Translations under genes and position numbers: made by a program | In this document: piece by piece, positions 9,299 to 21,991 of the stretch | Layout of the letters: each line of letters starts with the position of its first letter | Position numbering within the stretch: the stretch's first letter is position 1 | Notes under the pieces: model-generated | What the model was told of the DNA's origin: nothing | Seen by the model: only the letters and a program-made list of their open reading frames with translations | Databases searched by the model: none | Origin: Corallococcus sp. AS-1-6 | GTDB lineage: Bacteria > Myxococcota > Myxococcia > Myxococcales > Myxococcaceae | Assembly (NCBI RefSeq): GCF_020037015.1 | Contig: NZ_JAIQDE010000007.1 | Location: 115,886 to 179,885, forward strand | DNA: 64,000 nt | Direction: 5' to 3'

Positions 9299-11395
9299 AT
9301 GGCCCGCCTGCCCGCCGCAGTGTCCGCCGGAGTCCTCCTCGTGAGCGCCTGTGTCCGCTCGGTGCCGACGCCCGACGTGCCTCCGCCCCCGGTCGAGCCC
9401 TCGAAGGTCATCGCCCAGATTCAGGACTGGGAGGACCGCCGGTCGCTGGGAGGCGGTGAGCTGCCGCGGCTCGCCACCTCCGCGCCGGAAGCGGCCGTGC
9501 GCGTGCGTGCGCTCCGGGCCCTGGCGCGCATCCAGGACGTGGAGACGCTGGAGGCCGTCCTCGTCGGGCTGACGGCGCCGCGCAATGCCGTGCGCGACGA
9601 GGCCGCCTTCGCGGCGGGTGAGCTGGCGCAGTCGTGGGAGCCGCTCCCGGAGGCCGCACGGACGGCGCTCACGGAAGCGCTGGTGCGCGCCGAGGCCTCG
9701 GAAGCCTACGCCCGGGTGCACAACACGCTGCTGGTGTCCCTGGGCAAGCTGGCCACGCCTGGCGCCGTGGAGGTGCTGACGGCCCGGCTGTCTCCGGCCA
9801 ATGGCCCCTGGGCCGCGGCCGCGGCGACGGCGTTGGGCGTGGCTGCGCGCAAGGCCGGACCCGCGGTCGTGGCGAACGTCCCCCTGGAGACCATCCGCGC
9901 GCTGCTGGATCCCCGCTTGCGGAGCGAGGTGAACGTCGCCGGGGCGTACCTCCTGGCGGCGTCGAAGCGGCTGGACGGCGTGGATGCGCTCCGCTCCTGC
10001 ATGGCCAGTTCGATACCGGATGTGATGGCCCCGTGCGTGAAGAGCCTGGGCGACCTGGGCAGCCCGCGGGACGCGCTGGCGCTGAACCTGATGTCGGGCG
10101 AAGCCACGTCCCGCGCGTCGGCGGAGGTGGCGCGTGCGCTGGCGAAGCTCGCCGCGAAGTGCGAGGCCGGCTCGCCCTGTGAGCCGCTGAGCGCACTGGA
10201 AGGCCAGGCGCACCTGGCGAAGCAGGTGGCGGAGGGGAAGGCGGCGAAAGGCCACGTGTTGCTGGCGGTGGCGCAGCAGGGCCTTCCGCTCCAGGGCCGG
10301 CCGGTGCTGTCGCGCCTGAGGCGTGCGCTGGCGGAAGCCGACCTCGCCGCCGTGTCCGAGGAGGCCCACGCGGACCTCGCCTGGCTGGACTGCCGTTTCG
10401 CGGCGGCCATGGACCGGCAGCAGGGCGCGCTGGAGCAGGTGCGCCAGTGCGGCTACGGCCGCGTCCCCGAGGCCCGATGGCTCGCGCTGGGACTGCACGA
10501 GGTGGCGCAGTCCAAGGGACAGCCCGCTGGAGCCGCGTTCGCGGTGCCCTACCTGGACCACGTCAGCCCCATCGTGCGCGGCGCCGCGCTGGACGCGCTC
10601 TCCGAACGCCCGGTGCCCGAAGCGATGGCGCCCATCCGCGCGCTCATCGGCGGAGGGGACGCGGTGGTGGCGGGGCTGGCCGCGTCCGCCGCCGGCAAGC
10701 TGAAGGACGCCGAGGCCCTGACCGCGGTGCAGGCCCTGGCCGACCGCGTCCCCAAGGAGCCGGATCTGGCGGAGGCGGTGGCCGGCGCGCTCGTCGCGTT
10801 GCAGGGGCAGGCCGCGGAGCCCCGCCTGCGCGAATGGCTGAACCACCCGCACGCGAACGTGCGCCGGGTCGCGGCCGAGTCCCTCACGGCGCTCACGGGC
10901 GCTCCCGTCCGCTCCGCCCGCGTGGAGCTGCCTCCGGAGACGTACCGCCCGCCGGCCGCGTCCCCCGGGACGACGCTCACGCTGCGCACGCGCAAGGGCG
11001 ACATCAAGGTCCTTTTGGATCCGGAAGCGCCGCTCACGGGCGGCAACCTGGCGGCGCTCGCGAAGCAGGGCTACTTCCGGGGCGTCACCTTCCACCGCGT
11101 GGTGCCGGACTTCGTCGCGCAGGGCGGAGACCCGCGCGGAGACGGGGAGGGTGGCCCCGGGTACTCCATCCGCTGCGAGATGACGCGCCGGCCGTATGCG
11201 CGGGGCACCGTGGGGATGGCGCTGTCGGGCAAGGACACCGGCGGCAGCCAGTTCTTCTTCACCCACTCGCCGCAGCCGCACCTGGACGGCCGCTACACGG
11301 CCTTCGGCGAGGTCGTCCAGGGCATGGACGTGGTGGACGCGTTGCTGGAGGGCACGGTCATCGACGACGTCATCGTCGGCACGCGCGCCCCCTGA
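9299..11395 (+). CDS. lipoprotein with N-terminal HEAT-repeat domain and C-terminal cyclophilin-type peptidyl-prolyl cis-trans isomerase
   Basis: Lipobox LLVSAC; repeated AL..LG..GDP-like HEAT repeats; C-terminus ...FHRVVPDFVAQGGDP..GGPGY...FFFT... cyclophilin signature. Confidence 0.75.
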   Translation: MARLPAAVSAGVLLVSACVRSVPTPDVPPPPVEPSKVIAQIQDWEDRRSLGGGELPRLATSAPEAAVRVRALRALARIQDVETLEAVLVGLTAPRNAVRDEAAFAAGELAQSWEPLPEAARTALTEALVRAEASEAYARVHNTLLVSLGKLATPGAVEVLTARLSPANGPWAAAAATALGVAARKAGPAVVANVPLETIRALLDPRLRSEVNVAGAYLLAASKRLDGVDALRSCMASSIPDVMAPCVKSLGDLGSPRDALALNLMSGEATSRASAEVARALAKLAAKCEAGSPCEPLSALEGQAHLAKQVAEGKAAKGHVLLAVAQQGLPLQGRPVLSRLRRALAEADLAAVSEEAHADLAWLDCRFAAAMDRQQGALEQVRQCGYGRVPEARWLALGLHEVAQSKGQPAGAAFAVPYLDHVSPIVRGAALDALSERPVPEAMAPIRALIGGGDAVVAGLAASAAGKLKDAEALTAVQALADRVPKEPDLAEAVAGALVALQGQAAEPRLREWLNHPHANVRRVAAESLTALTGAPVRSARVELPPETYRPPAASPGTTLTLRTRKGDIKVLLDPEAPLTGGNLAALAKQGYFRGVTFHRVVPDFVAQGGDPRGDGEGGPGYSIRCEMTRRPYARGTVGMALSGKDTGGSQFFFTHSPQPHLDGRYTAFGEVVQGMDVVDALLEGTVIDDVIVGTRAP

Positions 11396-11413
11396 GGCGA
11401 AGGCCCTCGCGCG

Positions 11414-12535
11414 TCAGGCCCCGGCGGCGCGCGCGGGCATGGGCTGGCCGTTCGCGTCGAGCTTCGCGCCCGTCCAGCGGTGGCTCTCCGCCTCCTCCAT
11501 CATCTCCACCTCGCGGCGGATGCGGGCCCACTCCGTCTCCGGCAGGCCGAGGAACGCCTCCGCGAGCATCGGGTCGAACTGCGTGCCCGAGCAGCGGCGG
11601 ACCTCGTCGCGCGCCACGCTCATGGGGCGCCCCTTGCGGTAGGGCCGGTCGGACGTGATGGCGTCCAGCGTGTCCACGAGGCAGAAGATGCGCGCCCCGA
11701 TGACGATCTCCTCGCCCTGGAGCCCCAGCGGGTAGCCCTTGCCGTCCCAGCGCTCCTGGTGCTGCAGGACGATGAGCGCCGCCTCGTGCAGGTAGGGCAT
11801 CTTCGCCAGCATCCGGTAGCCGAACTCCGGGTGCAGCTTCATCTCCACCCACTCGTCCGGCGTGAGCGGCCCGGGCTTGAGCAGGATGGAGTCCCGCACG
11901 CCGATCTTCCCGATGTCGTGCAGGAGCGCGCCCTGCTCCACCACGTCCAGCGCCGGCCCGGTGAGGCCGATCTCCTGCGCCAGCCGCCGCGCGTACAGCG
12001 ACACCCGCCGCGAGTGCCACTGCGTCTCCGTGTCCCGGTAGTCCAGCGCGCTGATGAGCCCGTCCAGCAGCCCCGTGGTGCGCTCGATGACCCGGCGCTC
12101 CAGCCCCTCGTTGATGGACAGGAGCTCCGCGTTCTTCTCCGCCACCTCGCGCGTCAGCCGCTCGTTGGCCGCCACCAGCCGGTGGTGCTCGATGGCCTGC
12201 CGCACGCTGCTGGTCAGCTCGCTCAGCGCCCACGGCTTGCCCAGCAGCCGGAAGACCTCGCCCCGGTTCACCGCCTCCGACGCCGTCTTGAAGTCCGCCG
12301 CCGCCGTCAGCATCAGCCGCACCGCGCGGGGGTTCTTCTCCCGCAGCGCCGACAACAGCTCGATGCCGTTGAGGTACGGCATCATGAAGTCCGTCAGCAC
12401 GACGTCGAAGCCCTGCTCCCGCGCCGCCACCACCGGGTCGCTGTGCGTCACGACCTCGTAACCCTCCGCCTGGAGGATCCGGGACAGCGCGGCGAGGATG
12501 AGCACGTCGTCGTCCACCACGAGGATTCGGGCCAT
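11414..12535 (-). CDS. response regulator with HD-GYP domain (c-di-GMP phosphodiesterase type)
   Basis: REC domain ILVVDDD...DVVLTDFMMP; HD-GYP: HSRRVSLYA...LLHDIGKIGV...GKGYP. Confidence 0.85.
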   Translation of the reverse strand: MARILVVDDDVLILAALSRILQAEGYEVVTHSDPVVAAREQGFDVVLTDFMMPYLNGIELLSALREKNPRAVRLMLTAAADFKTASEAVNRGEVFRLLGKPWALSELTSSVRQAIEHHRLVAANERLTREVAEKNAELLSINEGLERRVIERTTGLLDGLISALDYRDTETQWHSRRVSLYARRLAQEIGLTGPALDVVEQGALLHDIGKIGVRDSILLKPGPLTPDEWVEMKLHPEFGYRMLAKMPYLHEAALIVLQHQERWDGKGYPLGLQGEEIVIGARIFCLVDTLDAITSDRPYRKGRPMSVARDEVRRCSGTQFDPMLAEAFLGLPETEWARIRREVEMMEEAESHRWTGAKLDANGQPMPARAAGA

Positions 12536-12782
12536 GGGCTGATACGCTCCGAGCGAGTGGGCTGCGTTTTTTCTCAGAGTCTTATAGCCGGTCCGCAGAC
12601 GGGCAAACAGGCCCCCCCAAGCTTTCCAGTGCCGCTAAACTGCCGGAATTCTTGAGGTTTCCCCGAAACAGGCGGTCGCCGGATTCCACGTCCTGCTTGC
12701 CTGCCCGAGGAGCCGTGTTCTATGGTGGCCTCCTACCCGACGTAAATGGCTGTAACCCCTTGGAATTCGGGAGCAATCTCCG

Positions 12783-13784
12783 ATGGCTAGAGCCCCTGAA
12801 GGGCCGGTGCCGGTGGTGGTGATGGGGCTGGGGTTCATCGGGCAGGAAATTGCCAGGGCCGCCCTGTCGTCCCCCGAAGTGGAGCTGATGGGCGCGGTGG
12901 ACTCGCAGGCCTCCCTGGTGGGTCGTCCCCTGGGCGACGTGCTGGGGCTGGCCGGTCCGCGCTTCAAGGTCGCGGACTCGCTGGAGCGCGCCGTGGGGCG
13001 CCGCAAGGGCGTGGTGGTGCTGCACGCCACCAGCTCCCGGCTGTCCCAGGTGATGGATCAGCTCCTGGACGCGCTGAAGCTGGGCCTGCCGGTGGCCAGC
13101 ACCTGCGAGGAGCTGGCGTTCCCGCACCTCAAGTACCCGGAGCTGGCGGACAAGCTGGAGCGCGCCGCGCAGAAGGCGGGCGTCGCCATCGTGGGCACGG
13201 GCGTGAACCCGGGCTTCGTGCTGGACCGCCTGGTGGCCACCGCCGGTCAGGTGTGCGGCCCCGTGCGCAAGGTGCTGGCCAGCCGGGTGGTGGACGCCCG
13301 CACGCGCCGTGAGGCCCTGCAGCGCAAGGTGGGCGCGGGCCTGACGGAGGAGGAGTTCTTCGACCTGGTGGACCGCGAGGAGCTGGGCCACGTGGGGCTG
13401 GTGGAGTCCGCGGCGATGGCGGCGGTGGGGCTGGGGCTGGACTGCGACGACTTCGAGGAGGAGGTCGCGCCCGTGTTCGCCGAGGAGGACATCACCGGCG
13501 GCGCATTTGTCGTGAAGAAAGGCCGCGTCGCGGGCATGTTCCAATCCGTGGTGGGTTTGGAGGAGGGGCAGGAGCGGGTCCGCCTGGAGCTGACCATCGC
13601 GATGGGGGCGGACAACCCACGGGATCGCATCGAGATCGACGCGGATCCCAAGCTGGTGCTGGAGATACCGGGGGGAGTGGCGGGTGACCGGGCCACCGCG
13701 AACGCGCTGGTGAATGCCGCGCCACGTTTGACGGCCGCGGAGGCCGGGCTCCTGACGGTGCTCGAGCTTCCGGCAGGCCGCTGA
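12783..13784 (+). CDS. dihydrodipicolinate reductase-like NAD(P)-binding oxidoreductase (DapB N-terminal fold family)
   Basis: VVVMGLGFIGQEI Rossmann motif and overall similarity to DapB-like amine dehydrogenase family. Confidence 0.65.
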   Translation: MARAPEGPVPVVVMGLGFIGQEIARAALSSPEVELMGAVDSQASLVGRPLGDVLGLAGPRFKVADSLERAVGRRKGVVVLHATSSRLSQVMDQLLDALKLGLPVASTCEELAFPHLKYPELADKLERAAQKAGVAIVGTGVNPGFVLDRLVATAGQVCGPVRKVLASRVVDARTRREALQRKVGAGLTEEEFFDLVDREELGHVGLVESAAMAAVGLGLDCDDFEEEVAPVFAEEDITGGAFVVKKGRVAGMFQSVVGLEEGQERVRLELTIAMGADNPRDRIEIDADPKLVLEIPGGVAGDRATANALVNAAPRLTAAEAGLLTVLELPAGR

Positions 13785-13804
13785 AGACTCATCAGGAGAG
13801 GGAA

Positions 13805-14254
13805 ATGCTGGATAAGAACGCGATTGGCCGCGCCTCGCCGCCGACGCTCAACGAGGTGGAGAAGGGCGCCATCCGGCGCTTCGCCGAGGCAATCGGCGAC
13901 TACAATCCCATCTACTACGACGAGGAGTACGCCCGCGCGTCGGGCTACCCCACCATCGTCGCGCCTCCCACGTTTCCCGCGTCGTTCCATTCCGCCGCGG
14001 ACCTCCGGGAGCTGTTGGGGGTGGGCATCAAGAGCCTGCTGCACGCCGAGCAGGGCTTCGACTACGAGCGGCCCATCTTCGCGGGGGACCGCATCTACGT
14101 GTCCACCCGCGTGTCGGACGTCTTCGAGCGGCCGGGCATGTCCGGCAAGATGGACATCGCGGTCATCGAGGACGAAGGCCGGGACGAAGAGGGCAACCTC
14201 GTCTTCCGCGCCCGCCGGACCCTCGTGGTGCGTGCCGCCAAGGAGAACGCCTGA
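13805..14254 (+). CDS. MaoC/FAS1-like dehydratase N-terminal-type subunit (HadA-like)
   Basis: Hot-dog fold small subunit; ATGA overlap with next gene. Confidence 0.65.
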   Translation: MLDKNAIGRASPPTLNEVEKGAIRRFAEAIGDYNPIYYDEEYARASGYPTIVAPPTFPASFHSAADLRELLGVGIKSLLHAEQGFDYERPIFAGDRIYVSTRVSDVFERPGMSGKMDIAVIEDEGRDEEGNLVFRARRTLVVRAAKENA

Positions 14255-14955
14255 TGCCCGCGCGCAAGCTCTACTTCGAATCCATCCGCGTCGGTGACGA
14301 GCTGCCGGCGCTGGCCAAGGCCCCGGTGGACCGCGTCCAGTTGTCGCGCTACGCGGGCGCCTCCGGCGACTACAACCCCGTGCACGTGGACGAGCTCTAC
14401 GCCAAGAGCGTGGGCATGCCGTCCGTCTACGCCCCCGGCATGCTCGTCATGGGCATGTTGGGCCAGCTCATCAGCGACTGGGCCCGGGGCGGCCAGCTCC
14501 GGCGCTACAACGTCCGCTTCATCAAGATGGTGTGGCCGGGCGACACCGTGGTCTGCAAGGGCCGCGTGAGCGACCGCCACGGCTCCGGCGGCCGCTACTT
14601 CGTCGAAATCGACCTCTGGGCGGAGAACCAGAAGGGCGAGCTCGTCATGAAGGGCGGCTCGCAGATCCAGCTCTTCTACTCGCTGGAGGACGAGAACCGG
14701 CAGCGCTCCGGCCAGTCCCCCATCGTGGTGGAGGTGCCGCGCGAGAGCCTGGTCGTCCCGGCGCCCGCCGCCCCGGAGGCCACGAGCGCCCAGGCGCCCG
14801 CCGCCCCGGAGCGCGACCGGGACGAGGACGACGAGGACGATGACGAGGAGACGGGCGAGCCCCGCTCCGGCGCCTCGTCCAAGAAGACCGCCCCCCGGGA
14901 GAAGCCCGCCGCGAAGACAGCGTCCCTCCCGGCCGCGAAGAAGGCCAGGAAGTAG
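14254..14955 (+). CDS. MaoC-like (R)-specific dehydratase (HadB-like) with C-terminal acidic/lysine-rich tail
   Basis: YAGASGDYNPVHVD...G.LV.GM MaoC signature; low-complexity DEDDEDDDEE...KKARK tail. Confidence 0.7.
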   Translation: MPARKLYFESIRVGDELPALAKAPVDRVQLSRYAGASGDYNPVHVDELYAKSVGMPSVYAPGMLVMGMLGQLISDWARGGQLRRYNVRFIKMVWPGDTVVCKGRVSDRHGSGGRYFVEIDLWAENQKGELVMKGGSQIQLFYSLEDENRQRSGQSPIVVEVPRESLVVPAPAAPEATSAQAPAAPERDRDEDDEDDDEETGEPRSGASSKKTAPREKPAAKTASLPAAKKARK

Positions 14956-15153
14956 GCCTTCCAGGGGCGTCCCAAGGCGAATTCCCGCGTTCGAGAAGGG
15001 CGGCTTCGACCGCTCGTCAACGCGGGGTGTCATCTTGGGTTGACTCAAAAATCAGTCGACGCCACACTTCCTGCGTCACATGGGCCGCTGACCCTTACTT
15101 TTTCCCGCCCTGCGGGAAGCAGGCAGGCAGCGAGCCCCTACGCAGGAGTGGCC

Positions 15154-16998
<1,845 letters not shown>

Positions 16999-17058
16999 GG
17001 CACCTGAAGTCCTGAAGTGAAGAAGGCCCTCCGGCACATGCGCCGGGGGGCCTTTTGC

Positions 17059-17514
17059 TTAGTTGCCTTCGCGCACGCCGATGGCGAGCTGCGCGAGGCC
17101 GGCCTTCTTCGCCAGCTCCATCACCTGCACCACGGTGCCGTGGGGGACGCCTTCGTCCGCCTGGACGATCACCACGGTGTCGGGGTTCTGGTTCTTCGCG
17201 GCGTCGAAGGCCTGCTTCAGCTCGGCCTCGGCGACGACGTTGCCCGCGAGAACGAAGCGGCCGTCCGCCAGCACCGCCACGGACAGGTCCGTGGTGCGCG
17301 CGGTGACGTCCGCGGCGCCGCCCTTGGGCAGGTTCACCTTGAGGCCCGCCTTCGCGCCGCCGCCCGGTCCCTGCTGGGTGATGACCGAGCTGGTCACCAT
17401 GAAGATGATGAGCAGCACGAGCATCACGTCCGTCAGCGGCGTGATGTTGATCTCCGCGAAGCCCGCGCCCTCCACCTCGTCGTCGCCCGAGCCGGGCGTC
17501 TTTCCCATGGCCAT
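17059..17514 (-). CDS. exbD: ExbD/TolR biopolymer transport protein
   Basis: EINITPLTDVMLVLLIIFMV motif, 151 aa. Confidence 0.8.
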   Translation of the reverse strand: MAMGKTPGSGDDEVEGAGFAEINITPLTDVMLVLLIIFMVTSSVITQQGPGGGAKAGLKVNLPKGGAADVTARTTDLSVAVLADGRFVLAGNVVAEAELKQAFDAAKNQNPDTVVIVQADEGVPHGTVVQVMELAKKAGLAQLAIGVREGN

Positions 17515-17529
17515 GGTGGGCGTGTCTCC

Positions 17530-18264
17530 TTACGAGGCGGGCTGCGGATCCGGGCGGGCTGCGGATCCGGGCGGGGTGCTCTCGCGCGGGGGCGGCGTGG
17601 CCTCCGGCAGCGGGCCGCCGGCGGAGCGCTCCTTGAGGACCTCCGCGAACTCGTCGCCCAACAGGCGCAGCTCCACCAGCACGCGGGACAGCCGGGCCTG
17701 GAAGTAGTTGTAGAAGACCATCGCCTGCACGGCGACGAGGATGCCCACGGCGGTGGCGACGAGCGCCTCGGAGATGCCCGTCATCACGGCCGCGGAGCCG
17801 CCGGTGCCGCCGGCCTCCACGTCCACGCCCAGGTCCTTGAAGGAGCGCATGATGCCGGCCACGGTGCCGAAGAGGCCCACGAAGGGCGTCGTCGAACCGA
17901 TGGTGGCGAGCAGCCACAGGTTGCGCCGCAGCTTCAAGCCCACCTGGGCGCGCTCGCGCTCCACGGCGGACTCAATGCCGTTGCCGCCGCTGGAGCGGGA
18001 GCGCTCCCAGCGATCGAACCCGGCGAGGAAGATGTCGGCCGCCACGGCGTCGGAGCGCTCGGCGGCGGTGCGGGCGGCGGCCACGTCCCCCCGGAGGAGG
18101 TGCTTCTGGACGATCTCCCCCAGGTTGCGGGAGCGCTCGCTCACGCCCCAGAGGGCGATGAGCCGCTCGATGGCCACGCCCAGGGCCACCACGGAGGCGC
18201 CCAGGAGGAGGGCGAGGGTGACGCCGCCCAGGCGAAGGTAATGAAGTAGATCGTTCAGGCTCAT
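17530..18264 (-). CDS. exbB: MotA/TolQ/ExbB proton-channel protein
   Basis: ...LATIGSTTPFVGLFGTVAGIM... signature; 3 TM. Confidence 0.8.
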   Translation of the reverse strand: MSLNDLLHYLRLGGVTLALLLGASVVALGVAIERLIALWGVSERSRNLGEIVQKHLLRGDVAAARTAAERSDAVAADIFLAGFDRWERSRSSGGNGIESAVERERAQVGLKLRRNLWLLATIGSTTPFVGLFGTVAGIMRSFKDLGVDVEAGGTGGSAAVMTGISEALVATAVGILVAVQAMVFYNYFQARLSRVLVELRLLGDEFAEVLKERSAGGPLPEATPPPRESTPPGSAARPDPQPAS

Positions 18265-18306
18265 GATGGATGACCGGGCAGGCGGCCCTGGCTCACACTA
18301 GGACAT

Positions 18307-19137
18307 ATGAACCGCGCAGCCGCCGCAATCTTCCTGGCCCTCCTCTGTTCGGCCTGCCCCAAACGTCTCGAGTTCGGTCCGGAGGGCCGCATCGAGGACG
18401 CCCAGACGCTCTACCAGCACGTGCGCGAGCGGCAGGCGAAGGTGGTGAACCTGGAGGGCGACGCCAAGCTCCACGTGGACTCCCCGCAGGGCAGCGGCAC
18501 GCTCTCCACCTATCTCTCCATCACCCGCCCGGCCCTCATCCACCTGGAGACGTACGACTTCTTCAACCGCCCGGTGGCCTCGCTCGTCTCCGACGGTGAG
18601 CGCTTCGGCATCTACCAGGCGCGGGAGAACACGTACCTCCAGGGCCCCGCGAGCGCGGAGAACGTGTCCCGCTTCCTGCCCGTCGTCCTGCCGAGCGAGG
18701 AGCTGGTGGCCGTGATGCTGGGCCAGGTCCCCCTCCTGCCGCCGGAGTCCATGACCCTGGAGCTGGACGAGAAGGAGCGGGTCTACGTGCTCAATCTCCA
18801 GCGGGGGCCGGCGACACAGACACTGCGCGTGGACCCCAAGCACCTGCGCGTGGTGAAGAGCGAGGTCCGGGGCGTGCCGGGCTACGACCTGGCGTTCGAG
18901 GACTTCCAGCAGCGGGGCGACCAGTTCTTCCCGGACAAGGTGCACCTCATCGCCGCCTCGGCGGACACGAAGCTGGACCTGAAGTACACGGACATCCGCC
19001 TCAACGGCCGCCCGGACCTGACGCTCTATGAAATGGGCGCGCCCGAGGGGGCGAAGGTGGTGGACGTCGACGCGCGGGGCCAGGAGGTCCGCCCGGAAGG
19101 GGCGGTGTCGCAGCCGCCCCCTGCGCCGGGTTCCTGA
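18307..19137 (+). CDS. lipoprotein, LolB-like/DUF4292-type
   Basis: Signal peptide with lipobox LLCSAC; size and beta-rich composition; divergent from exbB. Confidence 0.5.
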   Translation: MNRAAAAIFLALLCSACPKRLEFGPEGRIEDAQTLYQHVRERQAKVVNLEGDAKLHVDSPQGSGTLSTYLSITRPALIHLETYDFFNRPVASLVSDGERFGIYQARENTYLQGPASAENVSRFLPVVLPSEELVAVMLGQVPLLPPESMTLELDEKERVYVLNLQRGPATQTLRVDPKHLRVVKSEVRGVPGYDLAFEDFQQRGDQFFPDKVHLIAASADTKLDLKYTDIRLNGRPDLTLYEMGAPEGAKVVDVDARGQEVRPEGAVSQPPPAPGS

Positions 19138-19196
19138 GCTTCCAGGCGTCGAAAGGCAGCGTCCCGGCGCAAACCGGGTACTATGGCGCGCACGAC

Positions 19197-19946
19197 ATGG
19201 CACAGATCAAGCTTGGAGAACTGCTGATCAAGGCGAACGTCCTGCAGGAGAGCCAGCTCAAGGCGGCGCTCGCCGAGCAGGCCAAGTGGGGCGGGAAGCT
19301 GGGCGAGATCCTCGTCCGGATGAACCTCGTCTCCGAGGACATCCTCGTGCGCGCCCTGTCGAAACAGTTGGGCATGCCGGCGGTGAACCTGGACTCCGTG
19401 CAGATGGTTCCGCCGCACGTGAAGGCCAAGATTCCGGCGCAGACGGCGCGCGACTTCTCCGTGGTGCCGCTGCAACTGCGCGACGACGGCAAGACGCTGG
19501 TCGTCGCCATGTCGGATCCGCTCAACGTGCGCGTCCTGGACGAGCTGCGCGCCCTGTCCAAGTGCCGCATCGTGGCCAACGTGGCCGGGCGCACCTCCGT
19601 GGCGCGGGCGTTCGCGCGCCTCTACGAGGAGACGGCGGAGCTGGAGGACGCGGACACCAACTTCAAGGTGGTGGACGCCCAAGGGCGCACCGTCGTGAAG
19701 AACCTCAAGGACCTGGACCCGGCCGCCGCCGTCGCCATGTCCCCCAAGCCCGCCGCCGCTCCGCCGCCCCGCCAGGCCCCCCCGCCGGAGGCGCCGCGCG
19801 CGGCCTCGGGCAGCCCCGCGGAGCTGCTCAAGAGCGTGGAGGAGGTCCAGCGCAAGGAGGTCGCGGCGCTGAAGGCCATGGTGGAGCTGCTCATCGAGAA
19901 GGGCGTTTTCTCCCGCGAGGAATACCTCGCCAAGGTCAAGCGGTAG
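19197..19946 (+). CDS. T2SSE_N (GspE/MshE N-terminal-like) domain protein
   Basis: Two repeats of LGELL...G.I...L..AL..Q...(T2SSE_N/MshEN-like fold): IKLGELLIKANVLQESQLKAALAEQ... and ...VVPLQLRDDGKTLVVAMSDPLNVRVLDELR. Confidence 0.7.
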   Translation: MAQIKLGELLIKANVLQESQLKAALAEQAKWGGKLGEILVRMNLVSEDILVRALSKQLGMPAVNLDSVQMVPPHVKAKIPAQTARDFSVVPLQLRDDGKTLVVAMSDPLNVRVLDELRALSKCRIVANVAGRTSVARAFARLYEETAELEDADTNFKVVDAQGRTVVKNLKDLDPAAAVAMSPKPAAAPPPRQAPPPEAPRAASGSPAELLKSVEEVQRKEVAALKAMVELLIEKGVFSREEYLAKVKR

Positions 19947-19955
19947 CCCCCGGCC

Positions 19956-20959
19956 ATGCGCAAGAAGATTGGTGAACTCCTCGTCCAGGCCGGAGTGGTG
20001 ACGGACGAGCAGGTGAAGCAGGCCCTCGCGTCCGGACGGCGCGGACAGGGCCGCAAGCTGGGTGAGGTGCTGGTGTCCATGGGCCTGTGCACGGGCCGGG
20101 ACATCGCGCGGGCGCTGGCGGCGCAGCACGAGCTGCCGTTCGTGGAGATCCCCGAGTACATCCCGCATGCGGTGTCCTCGCTGGTGTCCATGGACTTCCA
20201 GACCGAGCACCGGGTGCTCCTCTTCGCGGCGGAGCAGGACGGCCGCAGCGAGAAGATCCACGTCGCGGTGGAGGACCCGGGCAACCTGATGCTGGTGGAC
20301 GAGCTGCGCTTCCAGCTTCGCAAGCCGCTGAAGGTGTTCGTCGCCGCGCCGGATGACCTGGAGCAGGCGTTGTCGCGCGGCCGGGGCGAGCCCCTGGACA
20401 TCGTGGAGGCTGAACCGATGGACATGGACGAGGACGATTCGCCGGACATCCTGACGTCTCCGCCGCCCCCGCCCGCCGCCGCGCGCGCGCCCACGCCGCC
20501 GCGTCCGCCCGCGCCGGCGCTGGACTGGGACCTGCCGCCGCCGCCGCCCAACGAGTCGGGCGTGGACGGCGCGGAGGTGCTGGAGGACATCCTGGGCTCC
20601 ACGCCCCGTCCCAAGGTCCCCAAGGCCCCGCGTCCGCCGCCCCCGCCCGCCGCGGCCCGTCCGCCGCCGCCTCCGCCCCCCGCGGAGCCGGAGGACCCGA
20701 GCAAGCCGCGCGTCCCGGTGGTGCTCTTCGGCGGCGCCGCGCAGGGCGTGAAGCCGTCCGTGGCGCTCACGCCCAAGCCGGACTTCTCCGAGGAGGACCT
20801 GGCGGTGCTGGACGACATCGACCGCATCTCGCGCGGCGAAGAGGCCAGCCTGGACACGGAGAAGGTGAAGCCCGCGCGCATGGTCGCGAGCCTCATCCGC
20901 CTGCTCATCCGCAAGGGGCTCATCCAGGAGGCGGAGTTCCTGGAGGAGCTGGCCCAGAA

Positions 20960-20963
<4 letters not shown>
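19956..20963 (+). CDS. T2SSE_N domain protein with long Pro-rich linker (paralogue of preceding gene)
   Basis: [23 protein letters not shown]...[10 protein letters not shown]...; [20 protein letters not shown]; PPPPP-rich 130-aa linker; conserved C-terminal helix shared with upstream paralogue. Confidence 0.7.

Positions 20964-21987
<1,024 letters not shown>

Positions 21988-21991
<4 letters not shown>

Noticed and set aside
9173-11281. 702-aa minus-strand ORF
   Set aside because: Antisense to the HEAT/cyclophilin gene; Arg/Gly/His-rich, no motifs
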